Below are positions 1 to 12,517 of a stretch of DNA of 64,000 nt, one piece after another. The position numbers and the translations under genes were made by a program. The notes under the pieces are model-generated. The model ran no database searches, had not been told where the DNA came from, and saw only the letters and a list, made by a program, of their open reading frames with translations. Numbering within the stretch: position 1 is the first letter of the stretch; the number at the start of each line of letters is the position of its first letter. Origin of the DNA: Dipteris shenzhenensis (lineage: Eukaryota); NCBI GenBank assembly GCA_047967505.1, contig CM106538.1; one strand, written 5' to 3'.

Positions 1-2480
1 AGCACACTAAGGAATCACTAAAGGCCATTTGTAAGGATGACAAAGTGGTTCAAGATCCAGATGAGATTATGGATATAGTGTCAACTCACTTTCAGGGAAT
101 TCTAGGAGAACCAGAGGTGCTCATAACTGAAAAAATCAGTGCTAAGATCCAGTGTCAACATGTTAGAAGCAAAAAGGTGTTGGGTTTTGACTGTCTTTTC
201 CTAGATAAAGATATTTCCCTAGAAGAACTAAAGGGGGCCATAGACGTAATGGCAAGAGGAAAGACTCCTGGTGAGGATCTCTCGATTGTTCTACCAAGTT
301 TTTGGGAAAACGATAGGCATGTATTTGCTGTCACTGTGGCAGAAGTCCTAGGAAAAAGGTTTTTTGGATGCTAGGATAAACACAGGAATGATTAAATTAA
401 TTCCTAAGGGTGGACCGAAAGATGAGCTCAAAGACTGGAGACTTTTGACCATGTTGAATACTAGCAAAATATTTGCCAAAGCCCTGGCCATTAAGCTCAG
501 GTTCAAGATGCAGAATTGGATAAGGGAAGAACTGGAAGCCTTTACCTAGAGGAGGCATATCCTTGAGGCTATCCTGACGAAACTTAGCAAGACATATGCT
601 TTCTCAAAGTTGACTTTGATAAAGCATATGATAGAATGGAATGGGGATTTATTCTGACCTCTTCAAGGGACATGGGGGTGGGCCCCAACTTCATTTTCTT
701 TGTGGACATCCTCCGAGAGGTAAGATCAAGATAAATGGAACATGCTATTCCCCTTTTCATTGAAAAGATCTATCAAGAAAGGCCACCCCTCTCCTGACTT
801 TTGTTTGTGATCGCAGTTGATGCTCTTGGATAATTAATTTAGGATGGGTAGGAAAAGGGGAGTATTTAAGGCATCCAAGTGGAACGAGACAGACAGATTA
901 TTTCTCTCAACAGGAAAAATCAGTGAAAGCACTAGTAGAATGCTTAAATATCTTTTGTCTAGCCTCAAGGTCCAAGATCAACCATGAAAAAATAGGGATT
1001 TTTAGCACCAAGAGCTCACCTCCATAGATACTCTTGAACAAAGGTTGCAAAGTCATAAAGGTTGCTAGGTATTCCCATGGCTTTCAAATGCTTAATGAAG
1101 GACAGATGGGACTAGGTAATTGATAGAGTCAGAGACAAAATCACCAAATGGCAAGGTCTACAACCAACTCTGTCCAGAAGGAAATTTGTTTTGAACCATT
1201 ATATCTACCCATCTATTGTCTACTTTACTTCCTGTTGGTCTCCTACAAAGAAGATCTTGGGTCAGATATATTGTCTTTTCCGTTTCTTCCTCTAAAGAGG
1301 GGAAATGGGATAGCACAAAATAAGCAAAGTGAGATGGCAACTCTACACATTGCCAAAATATGTAGGAGGACTTGGAATAGTGGATGTGGAAAAGTCCTCG
1401 GCTAGATTCATGGCCCCATGGATTTTGAAAGTGGTGTAAGAGCTAGGCTCAACATGGGCCACTCTATTCCACAAAAACATTGGCAGGGTAAGGATTCTTA
1501 GATGTAGGCATTGGACACAGCATCCTTTTGTGGTTCCACTCTTTGGCAAGGAGCCTTGTGTGGCTAAAGGTTCAGAGTTGTGGAAGGGTATGCAAAAGCC
1601 TTAGAAATCACTAAGACCTTTCATCATTTGGAAGGTCTTTTCTAGAAATACTGGCACATTTTGTAGCCAGGATTCAATCTGGTTCCAAGTCATATGGCCA
1701 GACTCTAAAATACGAGATGAGTCACTACAAAGGGCACTACACCTAAACAAGAAAGGAATCAAAGCATGGGGAGATTTGTGGGATTGGGATCAAGGCAAGT
1801 GGCCGAATAGTGAAACGTTGATGGCTAGATATCGACTTAATAGAATTGATATTCTGCATGATCCAAGAAAGTCAAAACCTGTGGTCGAGAGACTCTCTAC
1901 CTAGGATGGGAGATTGCTTGCTTCCATCTCTCAAAGAAATTAGATGGGTGGGGAAATCCCAAATAATTCCTATTCCCATCCTAACGAAAGGTCACGAAGA
2001 GCTTATCAGTCACCTCAATCAAAAATGGCATAGAAGAGATTCTGACAAAGTGTGGATGAAGAGCTTTGAAAGGGTGTGGGATAAAGATGTTCCAAAAAAA
2101 CAATGTTGCCTTCTTTGGCTAATTCTCCACAAGGGTGTCTGGATAGCCAGCCAAGCGAGGAAGATAGGTCTGGGGGATGGTTTGTACAAATGCTACCCAA
2201 CAGGGCTCAGGAAGATATTCATCACCTTTTCCTCAATTGTAGTTTTTCTAAATCTCTATGGGACATAGTGCACAAACACATAGATTTTGTTCCTTTTAAT
2301 TATGCTTACATCTTGTTGAGAGATACCCCTAGCAGAGTGACCTCAAATTGGAATGTTATCAATAGCTCGGTGATATGGACCATTTGGTATGAAAGGTGTA
2401 CTAAGGTGTTCAATGATATTCAAATTGATGCTAATGGCTACTTTTTAAACTTATGGATGATCACAAGAATGCGGAGATAA
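1..2480 (+). mobile_element. Degenerate L1-like LINE ORF2 (reverse transcriptase + zf-RVT-like C-terminus); 5' part lies outside the window
   Basis: Broken ORFs give LINE RT motifs: GKTPGED, IKLIPKGG..KDWRLLTMLN..KIFAKALA (364-549), KVDFDKAYDRMEW (~606-645), LLWLILHKGVW and EDIHHLFLNCSFSKSLW..IWTIWYER (2103-2480). Many frameshifts and stops. Confidence 0.9.
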
Positions 2481-3214
2481 TTTTCAAAGGCTTAGCCAAC
2501 TTCAGTTATAGATTTAAGATTGTTGCAAAGAAGGAGATAAGTTGGCCAAGGAAGAAAGCTTGCTACTGGCCCAAATCCAATCGCTTGCAGAGAGCCTGGG
2601 GAAAGAGAGACACACAAGATCAGAGTCTGCACATGGTAGCTGATCGGATGCCTTTCAAACACACACAGTCTTGCTTAATGCCAACCTCTCCCCCATGCCC
2701 ATCAGTTCTTCTGTCGGTACTTTTTTGCCCCTTTGTGATGATGCTCCCCTCCCAGTTTCACTTCCTAATCATATGGTCTCCACCCTCATGTTGGTTTTGT
2801 TTCTCTCACCTCACCAATGTCAGCAACTCCCTCCCCCTCACAGATCCCCCATCAATTACCTCTTTTCAAGAGGCTAATGTCCCATATAGACCCTACAAGT
2901 GTGCCATTCAAGGTTCGAAATGATAATTTATCAAAATAAAGCTTCTTGGAATCTCTAAAGAGGCTGATGGAGACTATTGCACAACCCACAAGTGTTACCC
3001 CTAAGCACAGAGGAAGAAAGAACCATTGTCCATACACTGTCATGCCAGGCATGGTTGTTCTTAAGGTTATCACACAACATGCAAAGTGATGATTTCTACT
3101 TCTTTTCTTGAAAGCTTCTTCTCCCCTTTTTTGCTTTCCAGGGGTAGAGAACTTATTATGATGTACAAGTTTATCTTGACTATATAATATAAACTCACAT
3201 TTAAAAAAAAAAAA

Positions 3215-4284
3215 AGAGGAAACAAAAGAGAGAGAAGATCTTGGTGCCCATATAGTGAATTTAAATAGCATCATGGCTCAGTTGGCATCCATCGATTCAA
3301 AGGTGGATGTAGAAGATACTATAGTGGTCCTCCTCAAGTCTATGCTGCCTACATACGATAGCCTTGTAATAACAACCCTTATGAATCTTCCAAATCCCAT
3401 ATTTGAGGGATGTATTTCCTATCTCTTAGAGAAAGAGAAGAAAGTTTGGGATAGGGACTCTTCATCGGCATCCACCTCCTCAACAACCACTTCACAGGCT
3501 CTTTCTATGACTTGGAAATCACTTCTAAATTGTCCCTTTTATAGGACAAAAGGTTATACCAAATCCCCATGCTTTAAGAATGATCCATTGAGAAAGAAGT
3601 GTGGAAAATGCAAGACCATCGTCCATCTCACCCGTGAGTGTACAGGATGTATTTCACACAAAGAAGCCAACAACTATGCTCAAGATTCTCCAAAGCTACC
3701 TGAAGGGCTCCTTTGAGCATATGTTTTCTTGTATCCCTATGGTAAAAGCAGAGGAAACAAAAGAGAGAGAAGATCTTGGTGCCCATATAGTGAATTTAAA
3801 TAGCATCATGGCTCAGTTGGCATCCATCGATTCAAAGGTGGATGTAGAAGATACTATAGTGGTCCTCCTCAAGTCTATGCTGCCTACATACGATAGCCTT
3901 GTAATAACAACCCTTATGAATCTTCCAAATCCCATATTTGAGGGATGTATTTCCTATCTCTTAGAGAAAGAGAAGAAAGTTTGGGATAGGGACTCTTCAT
4001 CGGCATCCACCTCCTCAACAACCACTTCACAGGCTCTTTCTATGACTTGGAAATCACTTCTAAATTGTCCCTTTTGTAGGACAAAAGGTTATACCAAATC
4101 CCCATGCTTTAAGAATGATCCATTGAGAAAGAAGTGTGGAAAATGCAAGACCATCGTCCATCTCACCCGTGAGTGTACAGGATGTATTTCACACAAAGAA
4201 GCCAACAACTATGCTCAAGATTCTCCAAAGCTACCTGAAGGGCTCCTTTGAGCATATGTTTTCTTGTATCCCTATGGTAAAAGC
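3215..4284 (+). mobile_element. Ty1/Copia gag fragment (UBN2-like + zinc knuckles), present as a 2 x 535-bp tandem duplication
   Basis: HIVNLNSIMAQLASIDSKVDVEDTIVVLLKSMLPTYDSLV is typical Copia gag, followed by CPFCRTKGYTKSPC and CGKCKTIVHLTREC knuckles. Units are 3215-3749 and 3750-4284 (ORF ends 3716 and 4251 differ by 535). Confidence 0.85.
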
Positions 4285-4364
4285 ATCTTGTATGAAAATT
4301 CATCTCTGTATAAAGGCATAATCTATAAAGAGTCAGGAGTGTAAGTCCAATGCAATGTTGCATT

Positions 4365-4740
4365 GAGGGGATGTGTTAAAATATCCCCCTCATAGGAACC
4401 ATTCCTTAGGAGGCATTTAATCTAGATGCATGGATCATGTGGGCTCACAAAGGCTTAAGCTCATCCTTATCTTGAGGGAGAAAGATCTCACCTACATCCA
4501 TAAAGGGAGAGTATCCTTGTGTATTAAATGTACTACTCATATGAGCTGAAATGTAATTGGGCCAATACCCATTTGGATGTACTTTGCATGGGGTCAATTT
4601 CCTTTCTTATCTCCTCTTTTTGCTCCATGCCCTTCTCTAGGTTTGTGACATTGCTCATCTACCATTCACAAATAAGGAGTTCTCAATCTCCTGTGGCTTT
4701 TGCTTGGCTAGATTCAAAGATCTTGATCACAAGTTTGCTT
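4365..4740 (+). mobile_element. Putative polypurine tract and 3' LTR of the Copia remnant
   Basis: TTGAGGGGATG is followed directly by TGTTAAAAT (4374), the usual Copia PPT/LTR junction. The LTR end is not defined and no partner LTR is seen. Confidence 0.45.
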
Positions 4741-5553
4741 TGAGGATCTTGATCGCAAAGTTTCTTTGATCACACCCGAGGTCGGCAATTCGAGGTGCAT
4801 ATATACCATTGTGATTCAATGATGATTAGTTTCCAAAACTCACTTCCTACCAAAGTAGTGGATTAGAGGTGCAAACTATGTTTTGTAACCTACTTGCACC
4901 CTTGCAAGTGCATGCACAAATGTGGAACCTTGAGGATAGACCACTTTGAGGTTGTGAGAAACTTGGATGAGCTTCCCAATCATCTTCTCTAGCATGTCTT
5001 CACATGCTTGTCGAGATTTAGACCACAAAACATGGCCCTCGTAGATTCTATAAGCTAGAGTAAAATCATCACATTTTTCAAGGATGGTGGAGGCTTTCAC
5101 CCTATCCACAATGCCCTTTCTTCCCTCTGTACTCTCGCTTGATTCCGTCCTCGCTTGAAGATTGAGGTGATTAATTACATGTGTTGAATGGATTTTCACT
5201 TTAAGAAGAAATTGGACAATGGTGGGATCGACATCATTGCAATCCTTTGCCCCAATCTCTAGTGAATTTTTCCTCTGGCGCTACTAGGCAAGGGATTCTC
5301 AGACTCACACGTCATTGGTTGCAAAAGCCTCTTAATCTTGCACCTCACATGTTGTTTGCATGTAAACAAAGTTGATCGGTTGCATTTTCTAGGACATTTG
5401 GAGAAAATAGAAGACTTGGCCATCCTGCAATGCATCAAGATAGAAGGGGACCTTGCAAAAATTGGCCAAGCATGGAGAAAGCTGAGCAAGCATCAGTTTA
5501 AGGTGGGCTATGGTAGCTTTCGGCGTGTGCACACATGCGTGCGTGCATGCATG

Positions 5554-5555
<2 letters not shown>

Positions 5556-5620
<65 letters not shown>
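5556..5620. repeat. (GT)n microsatellite
   Basis: Perfect TG run of about 65 bp. Confidence 0.99.
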
Positions 5621-5621
<1 letters not shown>

Positions 5622-7539
5622 CTATCAAGATACTAACCTAACTATATCAACCAATCCTATTGAGGCAGTCTAAAAATAATCACAAATGTAATAGTAAAAG
5701 TAGCCATGAATCCCAAAATTCATCAGGCCTATAAAATTTTCAAATACCAATGTTTTCCTTACCCTTATAAGATCAAAATGATGACATCCACATTATCATC
5801 CATATCCTACCATTGATCTTTCCATGTTTTCAATCTCTTGAACAATAGACTTTTCAAAAAGTGTTTAAAGCAAGTTTGGGTCTTTACAAGCAACATAATT
5901 TAATCAATCAATTTTTCCATAAGATATTTAAATCAAGTTTACAATTGAGAAGGCAATAAAGCCAAACTAGCTAGAGAACTAAGTGGCATAAGAGTCTAGT
6001 TGGGAGTCTTTAACACGAGAGATAAGAGACAAAGTACTAAAAGGATTTGAGCGGGAGGTTTTTTGAAGTTTGGGGGAGTATTTTGGAGAAGAGAGGTGTC
6101 TTCTTTTGGGAGGGGGGTTAGGTTTAGATGTAGAGGAGATGGAGAGGATGTTGAGGGCTAGAGGGGGCGCAAGGAGGTTAAGGCAAAAGACACTGAGAGG
6201 GATTTGGCTATTTCAAGAAGCAAGATTCTTAAGTGGTAGAAGGTGATAAGGGATAAAATTACCTCTTTGGGCAATTTAGAGATCCAATTTAAGAAAGCAA
6301 AAATCTTGGCTTGTAAGGAACCGACGAGGAGGAAGATGTCAACGCGGTTGACATGATCAAGCTAAAGAATGGAAGACATTTTGATGAGGCAAGTGCATTT
6401 GATATCGTGTTGGGAAGACATTCCAACAAATTTTAAGATTATAGTTGTCATCTTTGTTTGAGATGACGGGGTCATTTGGATTGGTGCCTTTTGAATGGAA
6501 GAAGATCTCTTTAGTGAGGCTACACTTGGAGTGGTCAATGGAATTCAAGAAAAAATGGATGTTGAAGTAGTTAGAGTTAAGTTGTTAGCGACCATGATAA
6601 GCATCAAGCTTCAATCTCTTTAGAAGAAAGGTTGCAAATGAAAGCAAGAGATTAGATAGAGAAAGGTGCCAAGAAACTAAGGTTGTCTAGGCACCAAATT
6701 TTGTGGTCGAAGAAATAAGCTTTCGTTTCAATATGTTTGGGGAGAGTAGAGGCACAAAAGAAGCAAAGTTTTTTAGTTCTTTGATATCAAAGTTGTTGTT
6801 AGAAGGAGCAAGACTAGCAAGGATAGGAAGAGAAAGCACCATTGAGAAGAAGGACGTTGTTGGCAAGACTAGGAATGATAGACTGATACTCATTTAGAGT
6901 ATTAGTATCATTAAGGTCAATGGAAGTGAGATTGGAGGAAACTCTCTTAAGCCTAGCAAGGGCAGTGTCACTTTCACCATGAAAGAACTTTAGGAGTTTA
7001 ATCCAGCCTTTGAGAGAAAGTTTTTTGATAAGTAGAGGGCTACTTTTAGCAAGCACTTCCAGATCATGAGTTTGAATAATTGCAAAGAACTCAGAATCTT
7101 AAAAGCAGGTAAGTACCACTTGGGAGGCAGTAGAGGGAGCCGAAAGTAGCTTGTTGAGAGAGTTTGACTGGAGCAAGATATCCCATTAATGTTTCTAAAA
7201 AGAGAGGAAAAAAGGTTAGAAAAAATAATAATAAGTTAGGGAAAGGACTCAAGAAGCCAAAAGAGGCCTTAATGACTTAAGTGTACTATGTGCAATGGTC
7301 CAAAGTTGTGGGGAAAAGAGCATGTGTGTGGAAGACTTTACAAAACCCCTTTCCATAGCGAAATGAAAACAATGTGGAGATGGACCATGGATGCAAAAGA
7401 GAACTTGTTGTGTTTGATGAAAAGTTTTAACATATAGGTGATTGCTTTATACAAAAAAGGTCGGCAAGAGGTAAGAATTTTGCTAAAGCTTGTAGAATGC
7501 ATAATTGCACAAAAAGGTTGAGCTTTGACAAGTCATAGC

Positions 7540-7965
7540 AAGCCGCCGCGTTATCAAGTCGCTGTGTTATCAAGTCACTGCATTAGAGTTAATCGAGTCA
7601 CTGCATTAATCGAGTTACTGCGTTAGCGAGTCGTCGCATTAATCGAGTCGCAATGTTATCAAGTCACTGCGTTAGTGAGTTGTTGTGTTAGCCAATCATT
7701 GCATTCATCAAATCATTGCGTTCATCCAATCGCCGTGTTATCAAGTCGCTGCGTTAGCCAATCGTTGCATTAAGAAGTCCATGTGTTAACGCATCATTGT
7801 GTTAAGAAGTCACTAGTTAGCCAGTTGGTTGCTGTGTTAGCAAGTTGTCGCGTTAAGAAGTCGTTGTTGTATCTCACCCGTTGCATTATTGACTCGCTGC
7901 GTTAAAACGACGTTGCTATATCTGACTTGTTGCGTTATTGACTCGTTGCATTAGCATTAATGCAG
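7540..7965. repeat. Degenerate 16-17-bp minisatellite, consensus approx. AGTCGCTGCGTTATCA
   Basis: About two dozen adjacent imperfect copies (gtcgctgtgtt, gtcactgcatt, gtcgctgcgtt, gttgttgtgtt...). Confidence 0.9.
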
Positions 7966-8676
7966 CAACCAAAACTTGGCCCCTTGACTCCGTGTGGGAA
8001 GCTGAAACAACTTAGAATTGGGGCCTCAGTTGTTCTAATCAACACATGCACTTGAGATCAGGAAGAGTCCTAAGAGCTAACCTTGAGCCTGAGGATAGTT
8101 CCTCAAACACCCTCTTGTTGACGTTCCTACCCAACTCTATATCCTTAGGGTCAACAAGCTTGAAAGTTGATTCTTACGCCTTACACGAACCACCATAAGG
8201 TGACCTGTCTAGCTCAAAAGAGTCCATAAGCCTAGATGGAGACATGGGAGAACCCACCAATGTTGGAGCCTCAGTGGCTCCAAGCACTAGCCTTAATGAT
8301 CCCTAGTCTCCTACCCCAACTACAGTAGCTAGGTTAAGGACAACCTTATCCAATTTTATGGGTAGATTTGGACTAACAGAACCAACAGACAATGCTGAAC
8401 CCATTTGTTAGGGAGAATTGGGTGCTAGTGGAACCTCATGTGTTAGCCCAACCATCGATGCCCGAAGCATTTAGGGAACCAAGTCCCGTTGTATCTACTA
8501 GTAATCAATCACCACCACATTCATTCTTTAATGAAAGGCAGTAATATAGGGGTGTATTTATCCCCAAGCTCCCCCAATAGTTTCAAATGCCATAACAAAG
8601 TGGACAAAGGAGCGGTCGTGAAGGTCCACAACCCCCTACATACGAAGTCCCTTCATTTCCTACTTGGCCATAGAAC

Positions 8677-9410
8677 ATGGGAGGTCTACCATACCCAACA
8701 ACCACCCCTTATAGGCCTATGCCTGGGGTGAAAATGCCACTCCCTAGAGGACCTTTAGCCCAACCCGTTAGGCCCAATCAACCTCAAGTCACAATGCAAA
8801 TGCCTAGTGGGTTAGGATCCTCGAATCCTACATTTGTTCAACAACCAAATACATGGAACCCTCCATTGAGACCACCAATGTACAGAGTAGGGTCACTATA
8901 CCCTCAAGCTCCACCTACTCAACAAATGGCAATTATCGATGAGGCAATGAGGATCCTAGTGGAAGCACTAGGAAGGGGGGCCGCGCCTCCAATATTTACG
9001 AGAACAGACCAAAATCCTTCTAGAAGTAAACCCATCACGATCTCTAAGTTAAACACCAAATTCTTAGGAGAAGGACACCCAGTCTCCCATGTTGAGTGTT
9101 TTGAACAAATCTGTGAGACATTTGATGATATAGGGGATCCAGACAAGGTCACTGCTTTTGGCTTAAGCCTTGATGGCAAAGCTGGACAATGGTTTAGAGC
9201 ACCGAGTCCGGAGGAGAAAATTAATTGGGACATGTTGCGAGCCCCTAGTGGACCAAAGTGGAGTCCACTCAACCAGCTGTATGAAGTCAAGCAAAAAGAG
9301 ACCGAGTCTCTTCGGGATTATATCGCTAGATTCAAACACTTGAACTCCCATTGTGAACCTCATGAGAGAACGAGTGGTGTAGAACTATTGCCACACTTCC
9401 TCATAGGTTT
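8677..9410 (+). mobile_element. Ty3/Gypsy gag (Retrotrans_gag) fragment, truncated
   Basis: Pro-rich leader, then KFLGEGHPVSHVECFEQIC..AFGLSLDGKAGQWF..VKQKETESLRDYIARFKHL (Q-x3-ES-x3-Y-x2-RF major homology motif). Gag similarity stops at ~9410. Confidence 0.88.
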
Positions 9411-9429
9411 GTGGACTGTAAGCTTCATG

Positions 9430-9520
9430 ACCATCGTGTGTTGGACCCAGTGATTGGGACCACGGTTTCCAAAACCGTCTGTTCCATTGCGTTTCGAAGG
9501 CCCAAAAACCTCTACTTGTT
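9430..9520 (+). repeat. Dispersed LTR-retrotransposon internal/leader segment, also present at ~59955-60040
   Basis: TTGGACCCAGTGATTGGGACCACGGTTTCCAAAACCGTCTGTTCCATTGCGTTTCGAAGG matches TTGGACCCGATGATTGGGACCACTGTTTTCGAAACCGTCTGTTCCATTGCATTTCAAAGG. Confidence 0.8.
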
Positions 9521-10249
9521 AGTTCTTACGCGATCCCTTGTAGATTTAGAGAGTTCTATCTCTCTGAGACGTCAAATTGTCTTCTTTTTTCTCTCTATTA
9601 GAAAATCATTCAAAGGTTCAATTTCAAGTCGACTGCAAGAGTTGATTGGCTTTTACTCTCTTACCGAATAAGATTTTGAAGTTGCAACAGAAAGGAGAAA
9701 TGTGCAGATTACATCACTGAGTCCGAATATGCAATAATGTTCATGTTGAGGCATATCATGATTTATTTTGCAACATCGGTCATTCCCATGAGACTTTGGT
9801 TTTTGGCATACCTTATGCAGAGCACTCTGGTTGCAATTGGAGCCATGTGCGCTCATTGATGGTTTGCATTGGGTCGCAGTGGATGCATTATGATCCTTGT
9901 TGGATACACTGATAGGCCCAAATTTCCTTGTGGGTGCTATTTTAATGGACGCTGTGCTATTTTGATGGACGCTTTGCACATGTACACTATTTTATGCTAA
10001 GGGACAGCTTTGACACATTGTAGTTGATGCAACCCTTGCTCTAGTTTTACACGTGCCATTCGATCTTGCCCACACCAAGTGCCTCAATTCCCCATGCGCC
10101 CCCGGGGAAGCAACAGCAAAACGTTATGTACCAAGCCATGGCAAGAAGGACCAAGATGACTACCAACGCTCTACCTAAAAGGGGAGAGTTTGATTGAGCT
10201 CTAGTACAGAAGCTTGCACTGAACACTCTCTAGAATCAGAGCAATCTGT

Positions 10250-10860
10250 TGCTTCACTAAAAGATCAATAAAAACCTGGTAGCCAAGGTATCTCACTGTC
10301 TACTCCCGCATAATCCATCGAAAGCTTGAAGCATCCCCCCAATCCCGAACTTCCTAGATCTCCTCTGTGCCCATAAAGAAGCTAATAGATTTGGTCTAGT
10401 TGATCCTGAGCCTCGAAGGCCTCACAACAAATAGCCAAGGCCCCTTAGACCGTCTCAAGGCTTGTTGATCCCTCCACATTCAAGTCTGTATCAGCTCCAA
10501 ACTCTAAGTCCAACAACTGCTTTCGAATCGAGTGCCTCATCCATGTGAGGCCTATGGCTTGAGATCGTGAAAATAGCCAAGTGCCTCCACTACAAAAAAC
10601 AAGAGAGATGGGGTGACAAGGCAACACTGCCGAATCGAGCGAGAGAGCATAAGGCATCACCAATGTGCCCCCTAATGATCACCTGACTAGAGCTACCTAC
10701 ATAAAGAGCTAACACCCCTCTGATCCACCTCTCCAATCTCTGCATGGTGCCCTCCAAGAAGGACCACTCCACTCTATATCGTGTAAGTCTGTCTTTGGCT
10801 ACCTAAGTGATGCACTCTCTTTCTTCGTTGGCCTTTCTATTTCGCATGGACATCTCAAAA
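10250..10860 (-). mobile_element. Degenerate L1-like LINE RT fragment
   Basis: Minus-strand fragments VEWSFLEGTM..WIRGVLALY..SSQVIIRG and QLLDLEFGADTDL resemble the LINE RT DRVEW..., RQGCP and FADD regions. Confidence 0.7.
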
Positions 10861-12316
10861 GGTGTCTTAGTTCAATTGCAACTGCATGACCCTTGTGATG
10901 AGAGATTCGAATAATAGGGCTTGCCTCGATGTCATAGCCATCATGCTAGACGATGTGATGGAAGCTCCCATGGGCGGTGCAGGTCCACCTAGAGTTGCAA
11001 AAACTGCACCTTCTCTCCTACTCCATGTCAAGCAATGAAGTATGTTTGCTGATCCTTCTTGAGGCTACTGAAGGCTTGAAGTGCTACTGCAGGCAGACTT
11101 GGTCCTGTTTGCAGGCCGACCTTGAACTCGACCCCTGAACATAAGATTTGCTGATGTGGTTGCTGTATGCAGCCTGCTCCCACAACCTGTTTCTGTCCTG
11201 TGATGATGTCGCAGCCTGCATGCCTGCCACATGAACCATACAGCAGCTGACATATCACGCTATACCTGTTTGCTGCTACTACGCTGCCTAGCCTGGCTGG
11301 ACGATAGTCAGATGCTGGGGCTGTAGCACACCCGTTTCACCATCCCCATCACATGAGTTGGAGCAGAGATGGGGATGGGGGAGGGGGATTGTTTCTAGAT
11401 TGATTATCTCTTGTCCATTTTCACTTATTCATTCAGTTATGTGAATCTTTTGGTGTAGAAGCAAGCCACATACATGCATTCAGAAATTAGTACTGTGTTA
11501 CAATGAATCCAAGAGCTCGCCCGAACTATCATGTAGAATCAAAGGAGTGCAAGAAGTCACCCACTATGATATTGCAAACAACGTCATCAGTGGCAAACAA
11601 TGGATGCAGACCGTTGTATAACATGCATACAGATACAAATCCACACATCAGAGTATCCAACAAAGATCTTGATACTGCATAACATGCATATAGATCCAAG
11701 TCCACACATCCAAGTATCCAACAAGGATCTCGATACTGAGTTTCTCACAAAACCTTCCAAACGCACAGAGCCGATGGGGCTCCATCACACCAGCCCCTGG
11801 TTATGCTAACTGCTTGCAGTCCCAGATTCTAATGTATTGTTTGCATGTTGTGACAACCTTCACATGTAAAGTCCTTGAGAAATGTTTTTGAGAGTAAAAA
11901 GGTCATTAAAAAGTAACCAGATGACAATCTCAATTTTTAATTGATTGCCCATAGGCCTGGGATATCAAAAGAGCTTGACTGATAGGAAACAAGATGCTAA
12001 ACAATTTGATCATTTCATGCACCCTCCATTCTCTCATTGAAAGGGTAAACAAGTTTGAAACCACACGAGTCAAGAACCCTCAAGCAAAAAAACAGAACAT
12101 TGCTACTATTGGCTCTAGACCAGGCTGAGAATAGTACCTTCACATAACAGTGCACTGTATCCACACCAGGGGTTTCTGATACAGAAACATTATAGCCCAC
12201 GAAAGAACTAGCTAATGCATGGCCAAACCCTTCAGATTATAACTACTAAAAATGGGAGCAACATCTGGGTGCTAAAGTTTCCAATCTCAGAAACACATCC
12301 ACACATGCACACAAAA

Positions 12317-12517
12317 ATATACCTTTGTAAGACTAGAATATATCCAATCGAACAAATTTAGATTTTTTGTTCTTCTAAAGTCCAAAATTCTACAAGAAAA
12401 TAAAAGAGAACGAAAGAGAAGAAAAAAGAGGTAACAAATTTTTTTGAAAAACAAACGGAGGACATACTTACCAAGCAAAGCAACACTTATGCCGTCATCA
12501 GTGCCCAAGCATAAGCA
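12317..12517. repeat. ~200-bp dispersed repeat, copy 1 (copy 2 at 49478-49682, same orientation)
   Basis: ATATACCTTTGTAAGACTAGAATA...CAAGCAAAGCAACACTTATG(C/T)CGTCATCA(G/A)TGCCCAAGCATAAGCA is shared with the second copy. Confidence 0.9.

Noticed and set aside
7540-7965. CRISPR-like short repeat array
   Set aside because: Units are adjacent with no unique spacers, are highly degenerate, have no cas genes nearby, and sit in eukaryotic TE DNA.
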